IMG/VR virus record: IMGVR_UViG_3300044991_001301
Strand: one strand, 5' to 3'
Source of the DNA: a virus
Length of the DNA: 64,000 nt
This document shows, one piece after another, positions 1 through 9,894 of this stretch. The translations under genes were made by a program, and so were the position numbers. Position 1 is the stretch's first letter. The number at the start of each line of letters is the position of its first letter. Under the pieces are notes generated by a model that made no database searches, was not told the origin of the DNA, and worked only from the letters and a program-made list of their open reading frames with translations.

Positions 1-1
1 A

Positions 2-2626
2 GACTCGGCCGGAGCTGCAGGAGGGACGCCACCGCCGGCGGCGGCAGACTTACTAGATAAAAACGGTAAACCATTAACTGGAGCTGCAAAAACTGCTAGA
101 GAAGCAAAATTAGCAAGAGAAGCCGCCGCCGCAATTCCGGTAGCGACCCCATCAGTACCCACACCAGCTGCTGGAGCGGCAGCCGGCGGATCTAAGTTAG
201 CAAAAGCGGCATCTTCTTTAGGTAAACTAGCAGGACCGTTAAGTAAGTTCGCAAAAGCTATCCCTGGAGTAGGGGCAGCCGCCGGAGTAGTAACTGGTGG
301 ATTAACGGCATATGAAGGTGTAAAAAAGTCTGACGAAGATGTAGCATCGGGAAAAATAACAAAAGATGAAGCTACCGTACAGAAAGCAGAAGCTGTAGGT
401 AAAGGTACTGGACAAGCTGCAGTAGCAGCAGGTGGTGCTTGGGGTGGTATGGCCGCAGGCGCTGCTTTGGGAACTATGTTATTTCCGGGAATCGGTACTA
501 TTATTGGTGGTGCATTAGGAACAGCAGTCGGCGGATATCTAGGCTCAAAAGGCGGCGAAATGATAGGTGAGAAAGTTGGCAAAGTGGCCGGCGAGAAAAT
601 GATCGCAAAACCTATTGTTCCAACTGCAACTGCAACCCCAGTCGTTCCAACTGCAACCCCAGTCGTTCCAACTGCAACCCCAGTACAGAATACCGCCGCG
701 TTAGATCCGGTGATGGATGTTATTGCCAAGCAAACTGATTCCACAGAAAAACAAGTAGTTATCACAACTTCATTTAATAAAAAATTAGAAGAGGCAACTA
801 TCTCTCTAGGAAACTTAACGGTTTCATTTAATAAGTTCAACACTTCCCTGAAAGACAATCTAGATACTACCAAAGATACCGCTACTACAGAAAAGGCTAA
901 TGCTGATAGTATCAAGGGTGCGTTTATTGATATTGACAAATTACGAACTCAAATAACAACTAACAAAAATGTTAGCAGTTCGATGCCCGGCACTCAAATA
1001 ACAACTAACAAAAATGTTAGCAGTTCGATGCCCGGCACTCAAATAACAACTGAAAAAAATGCTAGCAGCGTGATCGCCGGTGGTCAGACATCGATGTCCA
1101 AAGAACAGCAGAAATGGTTAGGTGGAGCAGATGTCACCGATCCATTCATTAGAGAACGAATGAACAAAGCGATCCCTCCTAAACCAACTGGTGAAGGTGG
1201 GGATATGTCAAAATATTTACAATCTATCGCTATGATTGAATCAGGCGGGAATACTAACGCCAAAGCAAAAACTAGCTCTGCTGCAGGGTTATTTCAGTTC
1301 ACAGATGCTACGTGGAAAGATATGACTAAAAAGATGGGTAAGGATTACTCATTAGAAGATAAGACAGACCCAGCAAAAGCAACAGAAGTTGCAGAATTCT
1401 TTACCAAATTACAAAAGACACAGTTAGAAAAAGGTACTGGAAAAGAGGCAAACTCTACTGATATGTACATGGCTCACTTTTTAGGTGCCGGTGGAGCAAC
1501 ATCATTCCTAAATGCACTGGGCAAAGACCCGTCTAAGTCGGCAGCAGAACACGTAGGCAAAAAAGCCGCAGACGCTAATATTGGCATATTCTATGATCAA
1601 AGTGGTAAACCTAGATCGTTAGATGAAGTATATAAGTTGATGGAATCTAAAATTGGTAAGGCAGAACAGTCAGTTACTGCAGGTGCATTTGGCGGTAAAC
1701 CACTACCGGACGCTGTAGCAAAAATAGGCACATCGGCTACAAATAAACCCTCAACTATGGTTGCATCTGCTCCAGCAACACCCACAGCCGCAATCTCATC
1801 TGCTGCTCCTAGCAGCGGCGGAGGCACTAAGGTAGCCTCATTAACACCTAAAGCAACTGATACTGTTACTACAAGAGGTGTATCATCTTCATCGAAGGGT
1901 GATAAAGACGCAGGTAGTGATATGAAAGATTTACTGGCGTTTACATCTAACACCGGTAGCATGGAAAACTTCAAGGATTTAAATGGAAACTTACAACAAC
2001 AAATACTGGCCGCTGCTGCTGACTACAATGAAACTACGGGCAAAAAATTAATAATTAATAGCGCAAAAAGAGCCAGCGAAGATCAACAACGCTTGTATGA
2101 TGAGACAGTAAAAGCGGGTAGACCAGGAAAGGGTCCTACTGGAATGGCAGTTGGTAAGCCAGGCAAGAGCGCACACGAAAGCGGAGATGCGGTAGATATT
2201 CAACAGGGTAAGGGTGACTCTGTGGCCATCGCTGCGCTTAACGCAAAAGGATTACAACAGACAGTAGCCAATGATCCGGTACATTTTCAATTGCCTAAAG
2301 CTAAGAACGGTGGAATATTTAACGGGTTAGAAAGTGGATTTCCTGTTGAGTTACACGGTGGCGGCGGAGGTGAGTTGATAAAACGATTAGACCCTAATTC
2401 TATACTAGAAAAGTTAGCTACAACACCAGCACCAATTGAACCCCCGGCTGCTCCTACTGCGGTAGCGGCTGGCCCAGTCTCAACTATTGACACCATTATG
2501 GGAGATATGGTTAGAATGAACGCTAGTATGATGGAAATGATGACTGATAAGTTAAATGTGATGATAGACAAATTGGGAACTAGCAATGATCTACAGGATC
2601 AGTTATTAAAGAATTCACTAGTTTAA
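2..2626 (+). CDS. Tape-measure-like tail protein (5'-truncated by the window) with SLT/lysozyme-like and peptidase M15-like domains
   Basis: The frame is open from base 2. It has a Gly/Ala-rich hydrophobic segment (GAALGTMLFPGIGTIIGGALG), SLT motifs IAMIESGG...AAGLFQF...W and YMAHFLG, and an M15-type stretch INSAKR...QQRLY...PGKSAH..G.AVD...HFQ. It lies directly upstream of the portal gene. Confidence 0.7.
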   Translation, partial: DSAGAAGGTPPPAAADLLDKNGKPLTGAAKTAREAKLAREAAAAIPVATPSVPTPAAGAAAGGSKLAKAASSLGKLAGPLSKFAKAIPGVGAAAGVVTGGLTAYEGVKKSDEDVASGKITKDEATVQKAEAVGKGTGQAAVAAGGAWGGMAAGAALGTMLFPGIGTIIGGALGTAVGGYLGSKGGEMIGEKVGKVAGEKMIAKPIVPTATATPVVPTATPVVPTATPVQNTAALDPVMDVIAKQTDSTEKQVVITTSFNKKLEEATISLGNLTVSFNKFNTSLKDNLDTTKDTATTEKANADSIKGAFIDIDKLRTQITTNKNVSSSMPGTQITTNKNVSSSMPGTQITTEKNASSVIAGGQTSMSKEQQKWLGGADVTDPFIRERMNKAIPPKPTGEGGDMSKYLQSIAMIESGGNTNAKAKTSSAAGLFQFTDATWKDMTKKMGKDYSLEDKTDPAKATEVAEFFTKLQKTQLEKGTGKEANSTDMYMAHFLGAGGATSFLNALGKDPSKSAAEHVGKKAADANIGIFYDQSGKPRSLDEVYKLMESKIGKAEQSVTAGAFGGKPLPDAVAKIGTSATNKPSTMVASAPATPTAAISSAAPSSGGGTKVASLTPKATDTVTTRGVSSSSKGDKDAGSDMKDLLAFTSNTGSMENFKDLNGNLQQQILAAAADYNETTGKKLIINSAKRASEDQQRLYDETVKAGRPGKGPTGMAVGKPGKSAHESGDAVDIQQGKGDSVAIAALNAKGLQQTVANDPVHFQLPKAKNGGIFNGLESGFPVELHGGGGGELIKRLDPNSILEKLATTPAPIEPPAAPTAVAAGPVSTIDTIMGDMVRMNASMMEMMTDKLNVMIDKLGTSNDLQDQLLKNSLV
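628..684 (+). repeat. 21-bp in-frame tandem repeat (TATPVVP), about 2.7 copies
   Basis: aactgcaaccccagtcgttcc repeated. Confidence 0.9.
947..1051 (+). repeat. 45-bp in-frame tandem repeat (TQITTNKNVSSSMPG), about 2.3 copies
   Basis: actcaaataacaactaacaaaaatgttagcagttcgatgcccggc repeated. Confidence 0.9.
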
Positions 2627-2629
2627 CAC

Positions 2630-2635
2630 TAAATA
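2630..2635 (+). promoter_or_regulatory. Putative T4-like late promoter core TAAATA (representative site)
   Basis: The same hexamer sits just upstream of genes at 4454, 4764, 9055, 9885, 10752, 11723, 15800, 22527, 25794, 26196, 39692, 44813, 52324, 53091, 57471, 58404, 60615, 61515 and 62235. It resembles the T4 gp55 late promoter TATAAATA. Confidence 0.6.
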
Positions 2636-2654
2636 TCTTAGCAAAGTAACTAAT

Positions 2655-4448
2655 ATGACCTATAAAAAGAAATTTTTAAACAAGAGTGGTGTTTCTAGTC
2701 CTATATCAGGGATGAATAGTAACGCTGGAGCCTGGAACGGAAGTCCCGGTCAAAATGGCAGTTCAACTGGAGGCTGGAACAACACTGAGTTTGGTTATAA
2801 GAATTACATGAGTAGATTACCGGAAGTTTATACCGGCCATCCAAATCGAGTAGAGCGTTATAACCAATATGAAATGATGGATGTGGATGCTGAAATAAAT
2901 GCGTGTTTAGATATTATTTCTGAATTCAGTACAATGAAAAATGAGCACAATAAAACTCCTTTTCAGTTTGAATTTAAAGACGAACCAACTCCCCACGAAG
3001 TTGAACTGCTTAAAACTCAGCTACAACAATGGTGTAAACTCAACGAATTTGACACAAGAGTCTTTAAAATATTTAGAAATGTTATTAAGTACGGAGATCA
3101 AGTATTTGTGCGCGACCCAGAGAACTTTAAACTATATTGGATTGATATGGTTAAAGTTATCAAAGTTATCGTCAATGAGAGTGAAGGTAAAAAACCTGAG
3201 CAATATGTACTAAAAGATTTGAATATTAATTTACAAAATTTAACGGTTGCACAAAAAACAAATTCTGATTTTGCCGCAAATCCGGCAACTGGCCTAGGTG
3301 GTACAGGTGGCGGTGGTAGTGGTGCAGGTGGTGGATACACGGTGCCCAGTATGCCGTATAATACATCTGGGTCTAGGTTTACGCTAGGTCAAAGTGAAGC
3401 TGCAGTGGATGCCAAGCACATGGTACATTTAAGCTTGACTGAAGGATTGGATAGATTTTGGCCGTTTGGACAATCTATCTTGGAAAATATCTTTAAAGTT
3501 TACAAGCAAAAAGAATTGTTAGAAGATGCAGTGTTGATTTATCGTGTTCAACGCGCACCTGAACGTAGAATGTTTAAGATTGACGTTGGTAATATGCCAA
3601 GTCATATGGCTATGGCATTCGTAGAGCGCATAAAAAATGAAATACATCAACGCAGAATCCCATCAATCTACGGTGGGCAAAGTGTAGTAGATGCCACCTA
3701 CAACCCGTTATCAATGAACGAAGATTACTTTTTCCCAGTCACTGCTGATGGTCGAGGGTCATCAGTTGAAGTGCTACCTGGCGGACAAAATCTAGGTGAG
3801 ATAGATGACTTGCGATATTTTAATAATAGATTAGCTCGTGGATTACGTGTACCAAGTTCATATTTACCTACTGGTCCTGACGATTCTAACACTCCACTGA
3901 GTGATGGCAGAGTGGGAACGGCAATGATCCAAGAGTTTAGATTTAATCAATATTGTGAAAGATTACAAAATTACGTTGCGTTAAAGCTTGATGAAGAATT
4001 TAAGTTGTTTATGCGATGGAGAGGATTCAATATTGATTCTGGATTGTTTACGTTAAAGTTTAATCCTCCACAAAACTTTGCCGCGTATCGGCAAAGCGAG
4101 TTAGATAATGCTAGAGTTAGCACATTCGCATCGATGGAAGCATTCCCTTATATTTCAAAACGTTTTGCGTTAGAAAGATTCTTGGGGTTAACTGAAGAAG
4201 AAATCACTAAGAACGAACAGTTATGGCACGAAGAAAACGACAGCCACGAAGAGCAAACCCCTACTGGTTCTGACTTGCGTAATGTTGGCGTGAGTGTGGG
4301 AGGTATAGAATCAGATGAACAAACTGCTGATGATCTTGAAACTCCACCCGAAGAAGGTGAAGAGGTTGCACCTGAAGTTGCTGGCCCAGTATCGTCAGCC
4401 CCAGGTGCAGCGATACCAGGTGGTGCCGGCGGCAATCTAACTGCATAA
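2655..4448 (+). CDS. Portal vertex protein (T4 gp20-like)
   Basis: Motifs LEDAVLIYRVQRAPERRMFKIDVGNMP, EDYFFP, LPGGQNLGEIDDLRYF and LRVPSSYL are typical of T4-like portal proteins. Confidence 0.95.
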   Translation: MTYKKKFLNKSGVSSPISGMNSNAGAWNGSPGQNGSSTGGWNNTEFGYKNYMSRLPEVYTGHPNRVERYNQYEMMDVDAEINACLDIISEFSTMKNEHNKTPFQFEFKDEPTPHEVELLKTQLQQWCKLNEFDTRVFKIFRNVIKYGDQVFVRDPENFKLYWIDMVKVIKVIVNESEGKKPEQYVLKDLNINLQNLTVAQKTNSDFAANPATGLGGTGGGGSGAGGGYTVPSMPYNTSGSRFTLGQSEAAVDAKHMVHLSLTEGLDRFWPFGQSILENIFKVYKQKELLEDAVLIYRVQRAPERRMFKIDVGNMPSHMAMAFVERIKNEIHQRRIPSIYGGQSVVDATYNPLSMNEDYFFPVTADGRGSSVEVLPGGQNLGEIDDLRYFNNRLARGLRVPSSYLPTGPDDSNTPLSDGRVGTAMIQEFRFNQYCERLQNYVALKLDEEFKLFMRWRGFNIDSGLFTLKFNPPQNFAAYRQSELDNARVSTFASMEAFPYISKRFALERFLGLTEEEITKNEQLWHEENDSHEEQTPTGSDLRNVGVSVGGIESDEQTADDLETPPEEGEEVAPEVAGPVSSAPGAAIPGGAGGNLTA

Positions 4449-4477
4449 ATTGATAAATAATCAATAGGGATAGTAAA

Positions 4478-4699
4478 ATGAAATTAATGGAAATGTTCGA
4501 CCCGCCTGTTCCCGGCTACCAAGACGTTGATGCCGATCAGAGTAAACCTATTTGGAAACAATCTAGAAAAACCAAGCTTACACTAAAGCAATTGAGAAAA
4601 TTGCGAAAGATGTTGGACGTTAGAAACTACGAAAAAAAGCAGCATCTTAAAAAAGTTCATACGCAATACGGAGCCAAAGCAGAATCTCCCTCAATTTAA
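4478..4699 (+). CDS. Small basic head-module hypothetical protein
   Basis: 73-aa ORF with SD-like aggga, between portal and core genes; upstream TAAATA motif. Confidence 0.7.
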   Translation: MKLMEMFDPPVPGYQDVDADQSKPIWKQSRKTKLTLKQLRKLRKMLDVRNYEKKQHLKKVHTQYGAKAESPSI

Positions 4700-4802
4700 G
4701 TTGTCTTAAACTGGTAAAACGCTAAAAAAGCATAGTTATTACGCTGTTTGTCGTGATATGCGCTAAATAATTCTACAAAGCCATTACCAGGAGAAACAAA
4801 CA

Positions 4803-5684
4803 ATGGACAACAAAAAATTTGAAAAACTTATTGACCTAATTATCAATGAGGACGAAGAACAAGCGCGTGAATTATTCCATGACATCGTTGTAGAAAAATC
4901 CCGAGAAATCTATGAGTCCATAATGGACGAAGAGATGGGAATGGAAGATGATGTTGAAGAAGGCATGGGCGGCCAAGTAGGTGATCTGATGGATGAAATC
5001 AGCAGCGAAGAAGCCGGCGGCATGGCTGAAGATGAAGATGGCATGGATGGCATGGATGACCTTGAAGGTGATGATGTTGTCGATATTGAATCTGACGATG
5101 CTGCAAGCGAAGGCGGAGAAGTTGAAGATTCTGTTATTCGTATTGAAGACAAGCTAGACCAATTGATGGCTGAATTTGAGCAGATCATGGGTGGTGGCGG
5201 TGATGACGACATGGGTGACGAAGAAGACATGGGCGGTGATGACGACATGGGTGACGAAGAAGACATGGGCGAAGAAATGATGGAAGCAGTTCAGCTACAA
5301 AATGTCAAGGGTCTATACGGTTCTAAAATTGGCGGCGACAATGGCGCTCAAACAAAGAGCCCAGGCTTACAAAACAGTGGACAAGCTGGAATGGACAGCA
5401 AACCTGTCACATTCTCTGGTCAAAATGAACCAGTTCCAACAAGCCCAAAGAACCCAAGTAACTATGGTACTAAGGGTGAGACGCAAGTTAAAGGTGCTGG
5501 ACAGTTTAAGAATGCACCGGGCGGTAACGCTGGCAAGACATCATTCAAAGACAAAGCACCGCGTGATTGGGGCAAAAAAGATAGCTCGACAGGCAAAGAA
5601 GTTGGTGCAGGCGGTAGCGTAGCACAAAACGACAAGAGCCCGATTGCTGAAGCCCGCAAGACTGTTAAACGTATTGTTAGATAA
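4803..5684 (+). CDS. Acidic prohead core / scaffold-like protein
   Basis: Strong SD (aggag), very acidic N-terminal half with a 36-bp duplication at 5196-5270, and position between portal and protease. Confidence 0.65.
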   Translation: MDNKKFEKLIDLIINEDEEQARELFHDIVVEKSREIYESIMDEEMGMEDDVEEGMGGQVGDLMDEISSEEAGGMAEDEDGMDGMDDLEGDDVVDIESDDAASEGGEVEDSVIRIEDKLDQLMAEFEQIMGGGGDDDMGDEEDMGGDDDMGDEEDMGEEMMEAVQLQNVKGLYGSKIGGDNGAQTKSPGLQNSGQAGMDSKPVTFSGQNEPVPTSPKNPSNYGTKGETQVKGAGQFKNAPGGNAGKTSFKDKAPRDWGKKDSSTGKEVGAGGSVAQNDKSPIAEARKTVKRIVR

Positions 5685-5701
5685 AAGGAAACCTGAGAGC
5701 A

Positions 5702-5863
5702 ATGGCTTTGTATCTTAGAGGTAAAGATCACTTGCGTAATGTAACGCAAGTGTATCTGTACAGTAGGACTCGTACATCCATAGAGCGATGTACGAGTCCT
5801 TGTACGCTTACTAGATACAAAACTACAAATAGTTGGTCATTTCGTTCGACGGAGATTCTATAA
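5702..5863 (+). other. 53-codon structured uORF starting MALYLRGKDHL; its TAA overlaps the protease ATG
   Basis: Translated by hand. Inverted repeats: cacttgcgt/acgcaagtg, aggactcgtacatc/gatgtacgagtcct and ttgtatct/agatacaa. Confidence 0.6.
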
Positions 5864-6504
5864 TGGCATTATACTTAAAAGAGCACTTGACATTTGACCG
5901 CGCTGGAATGGTGGTTGAATCAGTAAGTGAAGGGGATAAAAAGAACCTGTATATGAAGGGGATTTTTATTCAGGGCGGAGTTACGAACGCAAATGACCGT
6001 GTGTATCCTATTTCTGAAATAGAATCTGCGGTAAATACGTTGAATGAACAAATTACAACTGGTTATTCAGTATTAGGTGAAGTAGATCATCCAGACGATT
6101 TAAAAATTAATTTAGATCGGGTATCACATATGATTACTAGTATGTGGATGGATGGCGCTAATGGGTTTGGAAAACTAAAAATCTTACCAACTCCAATGGG
6201 TCAGCTAGTAACTACCATGTTAGAGAGTGGTGTTAAACTTGGTGTATCAAGTCGTGGTAGTGGTAATGTTAATGATATGGATGGCAGAGTTAGTGATTTT
6301 GAAATAGTAACAGTTGATATCGTAGCGCAACCATCTGCTCCAAATGCTTATCCAAAAGCTATTTACGAAGGTATGTTGAATATGAAGCACGGCCATAAGA
6401 TTTTATCAAATCTTAAAGGTGCAGATGCTAGTAAAGATGCTAAAGTTCAAAGATATGTGAAAGAAGAGATAATTCGTTTAATCAAGGATATGAAAATAAA
6501 ATGA
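5863..6504 (+). CDS. Prohead protease (T4 gp21-like)
   Basis: GIFIQ...NANDRVYP, LGEVDHP, RVSH, GVSSRGSG, DIVAQPSAPNAY. Start moved to MALYLK, which follows SD ggag. Confidence 0.95.
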   Translation: MALYLKEHLTFDRAGMVVESVSEGDKKNLYMKGIFIQGGVTNANDRVYPISEIESAVNTLNEQITTGYSVLGEVDHPDDLKINLDRVSHMITSMWMDGANGFGKLKILPTPMGQLVTTMLESGVKLGVSSRGSGNVNDMDGRVSDFEIVTVDIVAQPSAPNAYPKAIYEGMLNMKHGHKILSNLKGADASKDAKVQRYVKEEIIRLIKDMKIK

Positions 6505-6594
6505 TTAAGCGGATACAAATACACGGAGTAGATAGGTCTACTTCTGTAATACTTGGTGAACCAGAGTTAAATGGTTCAAAACAAGGGGGAAATA

Positions 6595-7701
6595 ATGAAT
6601 TTAGAAATCATTAAACCGTTGCTTGAAAGCGGCCTCATCAGCGAAGAAACTAGTGCTTCTATTACTGAAGCCTGGCAGTCTAAGCTAGTTGAAGCACGTG
6701 AGCAAGTTCGTGCAGAACTCCGCGAAGAGTTTGCGCATCGGTATGAGCATGACCGTACTGTGATGGTTGAAGCCTTGGATAATATGGTAACTGATAGTTT
6801 GACTGGTGAAATCTCAGAATTTCATACAGAAAGACAATCAATGCACGAAGACCGTGTACAAGCAAAACTAAAGCTACGTGAAAATGCGTCAAAGTTTAAT
6901 GAATTTATGGTTACTAAACTAGCCGAAGAAATCAAAGAACTACGCAGTGATCGTAAGATTGCAAAAGAAAGTCAACACTCACTAGAACAATTTGTTGTTC
7001 AAGCTCTTTCCAGAGAAATTAAAGAATTCTCACAGGACAAGAGAGCAGTTGTTGAGGCTAAAGTTAAACTTGTAGCTGAAGGTCGCAAACAACTTGAAAA
7101 ACTAAAAGCTAAATTTGTAGCTGAAAGTGCGTCAAGAATGAATGCTGCTGTTACTAGACATCTAAAGGGTGAATTAAGTCAGCTTAAAGAAGATATACAA
7201 AGCGCCAGAGAAAATAACTTTGGACGTAAATTGTTTGAAGCATTTGCTAGTGAATTCTCTGTCACTCATTTAAATGAGAAAGCAGAAACTCGCAATCTAA
7301 TGCATAAGTTACAAGAAAAAGATCAACAACTATCTGAGTCTGTCCGTAAAATGGAACAAGCTAAGAAATTGATCGAAACCAAAGAACGTGAAGTTCGAAT
7401 TATTAAAGAATCTAATCTCCGTGAAAAAACAATGGGTGAATTAATTAGCACATTGAACGAAGAAAAGGCTTCAGTAATGAAGAGCTTGCTAGAAAGCGTG
7501 CAGACACCTAAGTTGCAGGCCGCTTTCGATAAGTATCTACCAGCAGTTCTAAATCAAGGTACTGATAAGAAATCTGTTAAACAGGCTATTTCTGAATCAA
7601 GAATGATTAGTGAAGTTACTGGTGATAAATCTGCCAAAAAAGAATTTGAAGTCGAAGCACGTGATAATGTCATTGACATCAAACGTCTGGCAGGGCTTTA
7701 A
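6595..7701 (+). CDS. Prohead scaffold/core protein (T4 gp22-like)
   Basis: Long E/K-rich coiled coil between gp21 and gp23; SD aagggg before MNLEII. Confidence 0.85.
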   Translation: MNLEIIKPLLESGLISEETSASITEAWQSKLVEAREQVRAELREEFAHRYEHDRTVMVEALDNMVTDSLTGEISEFHTERQSMHEDRVQAKLKLRENASKFNEFMVTKLAEEIKELRSDRKIAKESQHSLEQFVVQALSREIKEFSQDKRAVVEAKVKLVAEGRKQLEKLKAKFVAESASRMNAAVTRHLKGELSQLKEDIQSARENNFGRKLFEAFASEFSVTHLNEKAETRNLMHKLQEKDQQLSESVRKMEQAKKLIETKEREVRIIKESNLREKTMGELISTLNEEKASVMKSLLESVQTPKLQAAFDKYLPAVLNQGTDKKSVKQAISESRMISEVTGDKSAKKEFEVEARDNVIDIKRLAGL

Positions 7702-7730
7702 TCAAAGACATATATTAGGAGAAAACACAA

Positions 7731-8927
7731 ATGTCAAAAGTACTCTTAGAAAGCCGTTGGGATGAGACCAAAGAGGCCCTGTTAGAAGGATTAAAAGGCA
7801 ATCGCCGCTCAACAATGGGTGTTCTTTTAGAGAATACCAAAAAGCAACTACTTGCTGAATCTACTGCCGGTACAACAACTGCAGGTAATATCGCTACTTT
7901 AAATCGCGTTATTCTTCCAGTTATCCGTCGTGTAATGCCAACCGTTATCGCTAACGAATTGGTAGGCGTTCAGCCAATGACTGGACCAGTTGGTCAGATT
8001 CACACTCTACGTGTTCGCTATGCTCAGTCGTTAACCGACAATTCAGCAGCGCAAACTAGCGTTACAGCAGGTGAAGAAGCTTTGAGCCCGTTCAAAATCG
8101 CTCAGGCATATTCACGTGTTAAGAGTGATGCAACTACAACTGACTATTACACTGGTAATGACACTGCTGCCCTTGAAGGCAATGGTGGTAAACAAATCAG
8201 CGTTCAGATTCTACGTCAGGCCGTTGAAGCCAAGTCACGTAAGTTGCAAGCTCGTTGGACATTCGAAGCTGCTCAAGATGCTCAATCGCAACACGGGATT
8301 GACGTTGAGGCAGAAATCATGGCTGCTTTAGCGCAAGAAATTACCGCTGAAATCGACCAAGAAATTCTATTGTCGCTACGCACTCTAGCATCGATTGAAT
8401 ACACTTACAACCAAGCTACAGTTTCAGGTACTGCTACATACGTTGGTGACGAACACGCTGCTCTAGCTGTTCTTATCAATCGTGTTGCTAACTTGATTGC
8501 TCAACGCACTCGTCGTGGCGCTGGTAACTGGGCTGTTGTATCTAGTGCTGCATTGACTGTTCTTCAGTCTGCTACTACTAGCGCATTCGCTCGCACTACA
8601 GAAGGCACCTTCGAAGCACCTACAAACACCAAGTTTGTTGGTACATTGAATGGCGCTATGCGCGTGTTCGTTGACTCATATGCTCCTGACAATACTCCAG
8701 TATTGGTTGGATACAAAGGCTCTTCAGAAACAGATGCAGCGGCATTCTATTGCCCTTACATTCCGTTGATGAGTAGTGGTGTTGTTCTTGATCCGTCAAC
8801 ATTCGAACCAGTCGTTTCGTTTATGACGCGGTACGGGTACATAGAGCTTACTAATACTGCATCCTCATTCGGCAATGCCGCGGATTACGTTGGCGAGATA
8901 AACGTGCAAAATCTTACTTTTCAGTGA
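7731..8927 (+). CDS. Major capsid protein (T4 gp23-like)
   Basis: LVGVQPMTGPVGQI, AKSRKLQARWTFEAAQD, EITAEIDQEI, FYCPYIPL and FMTRYG motifs. Confidence 0.97.
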   Translation: MSKVLLESRWDETKEALLEGLKGNRRSTMGVLLENTKKQLLAESTAGTTTAGNIATLNRVILPVIRRVMPTVIANELVGVQPMTGPVGQIHTLRVRYAQSLTDNSAAQTSVTAGEEALSPFKIAQAYSRVKSDATTTDYYTGNDTAALEGNGGKQISVQILRQAVEAKSRKLQARWTFEAAQDAQSQHGIDVEAEIMAALAQEITAEIDQEILLSLRTLASIEYTYNQATVSGTATYVGDEHAALAVLINRVANLIAQRTRRGAGNWAVVSSAALTVLQSATTSAFARTTEGTFEAPTNTKFVGTLNGAMRVFVDSYAPDNTPVLVGYKGSSETDAAAFYCPYIPLMSSGVVLDPSTFEPVVSFMTRYGYIELTNTASSFGNAADYVGEINVQNLTFQ

Positions 8928-8968
8928 AATCAAGCACTTACGAGTGCTATTGAAAGTAAAATCACAGC

Positions 8969-8993
8969 AAAGGGAACTTCGGTTCCCTTTTTT
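8969..8993 (+). terminator. Rho-independent terminator after the major capsid gene
   Basis: aaagggaac-TTCG-gttcccttt followed by a T-run. Confidence 0.9.
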
Positions 8994-9065
8994 ACGGCTC
9001 CCATTCCGCTAGCTATTTTCTTTATATACTGCTATATTGAGTTAACAAACATACTAAATATTAGC

Positions 9066-9812
9066 ATGAACAAATATGAAAAATGGCACAAACAAATTAC
9101 AGAGCGCGGCCAGAGCCGTATCTATGATCCTAAAAACGAAAACCATCATATTCTTCCGAAAAGTTTAGGCGGCACGAATAAGAAAGAAAATCTTACTAAC
9201 ATAACACCTAGGGAACACTTTATATGTCATTGGTTATTAACAAAGATATACAAAGACGGCGAAGCGCATTGGAAAATGCTAAATGCTATTCGTATAATGC
9301 GGGCTGAAAATAAGAATCAACAGCGACACACTACTAAAATTACTTCCAGAGTGTATGCCAGACTCAAAGAGGAATATGCTTTACTTAGTAGTGAGAAACG
9401 TAAGGGTAAAGGAAACGGGATGTTTGGTAAGAAACAAACAGACAACGCTAAGCGAAAAATAAGCGAGGCAAATTCTGGTAGAATTCAACCCGATCATGAA
9501 AAACAAAAACAAATTGAGGCTATTACAGGAAGAAAACGAAACCCTTTCTCTACTCAATGGAAAGAAAAAATGTCATCATCCAAACAAGGGGAAAAGAATA
9601 ATATGTTTGGAAAAAATCACACTGATGAAACTAAACAGAAACAGCGTGAGAAAGCAACAGGAAGAAAACAATCACCTGAAACTGTTGCTAAAAAAGCAGA
9701 AGCTATCAGAGGACTAAAGCGTGAAAAGAAACTATGCCCACATTGTAATAACGAAGTAGCAGTCAATGGTTATACAAGATGGCATGGAGACAATTGTAAG
9801 CAAAAAGCATAA
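9066..9812 (+). mobile_element. Free-standing HNH homing endonuclease with NUMOD3-type DNA-binding repeats
   Basis: ENHHILPKSLGG.N...NL..ITPREHFICHWLL is an HNH core; repeated NGMFGKKQT..AKRKIS and NNMFGKNHTDETKQK motifs; C-terminal CPHC. Confidence 0.9.
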
Positions 9813-9846
9813 ATACAATATCTCAATGGGATGGGAAGTTTACATC

Positions 9847-9875
9847 AAGGGCTCTGTATATACAGAGCCTTTTTT
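9847..9875 (+). terminator. Rho-independent terminator after the HNH gene
   Basis: Palindrome ggctctgtatatacagagcc followed by a T-run. Confidence 0.75.
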
Positions 9876-9894
9876 GTTTTTTAATAAATATATA

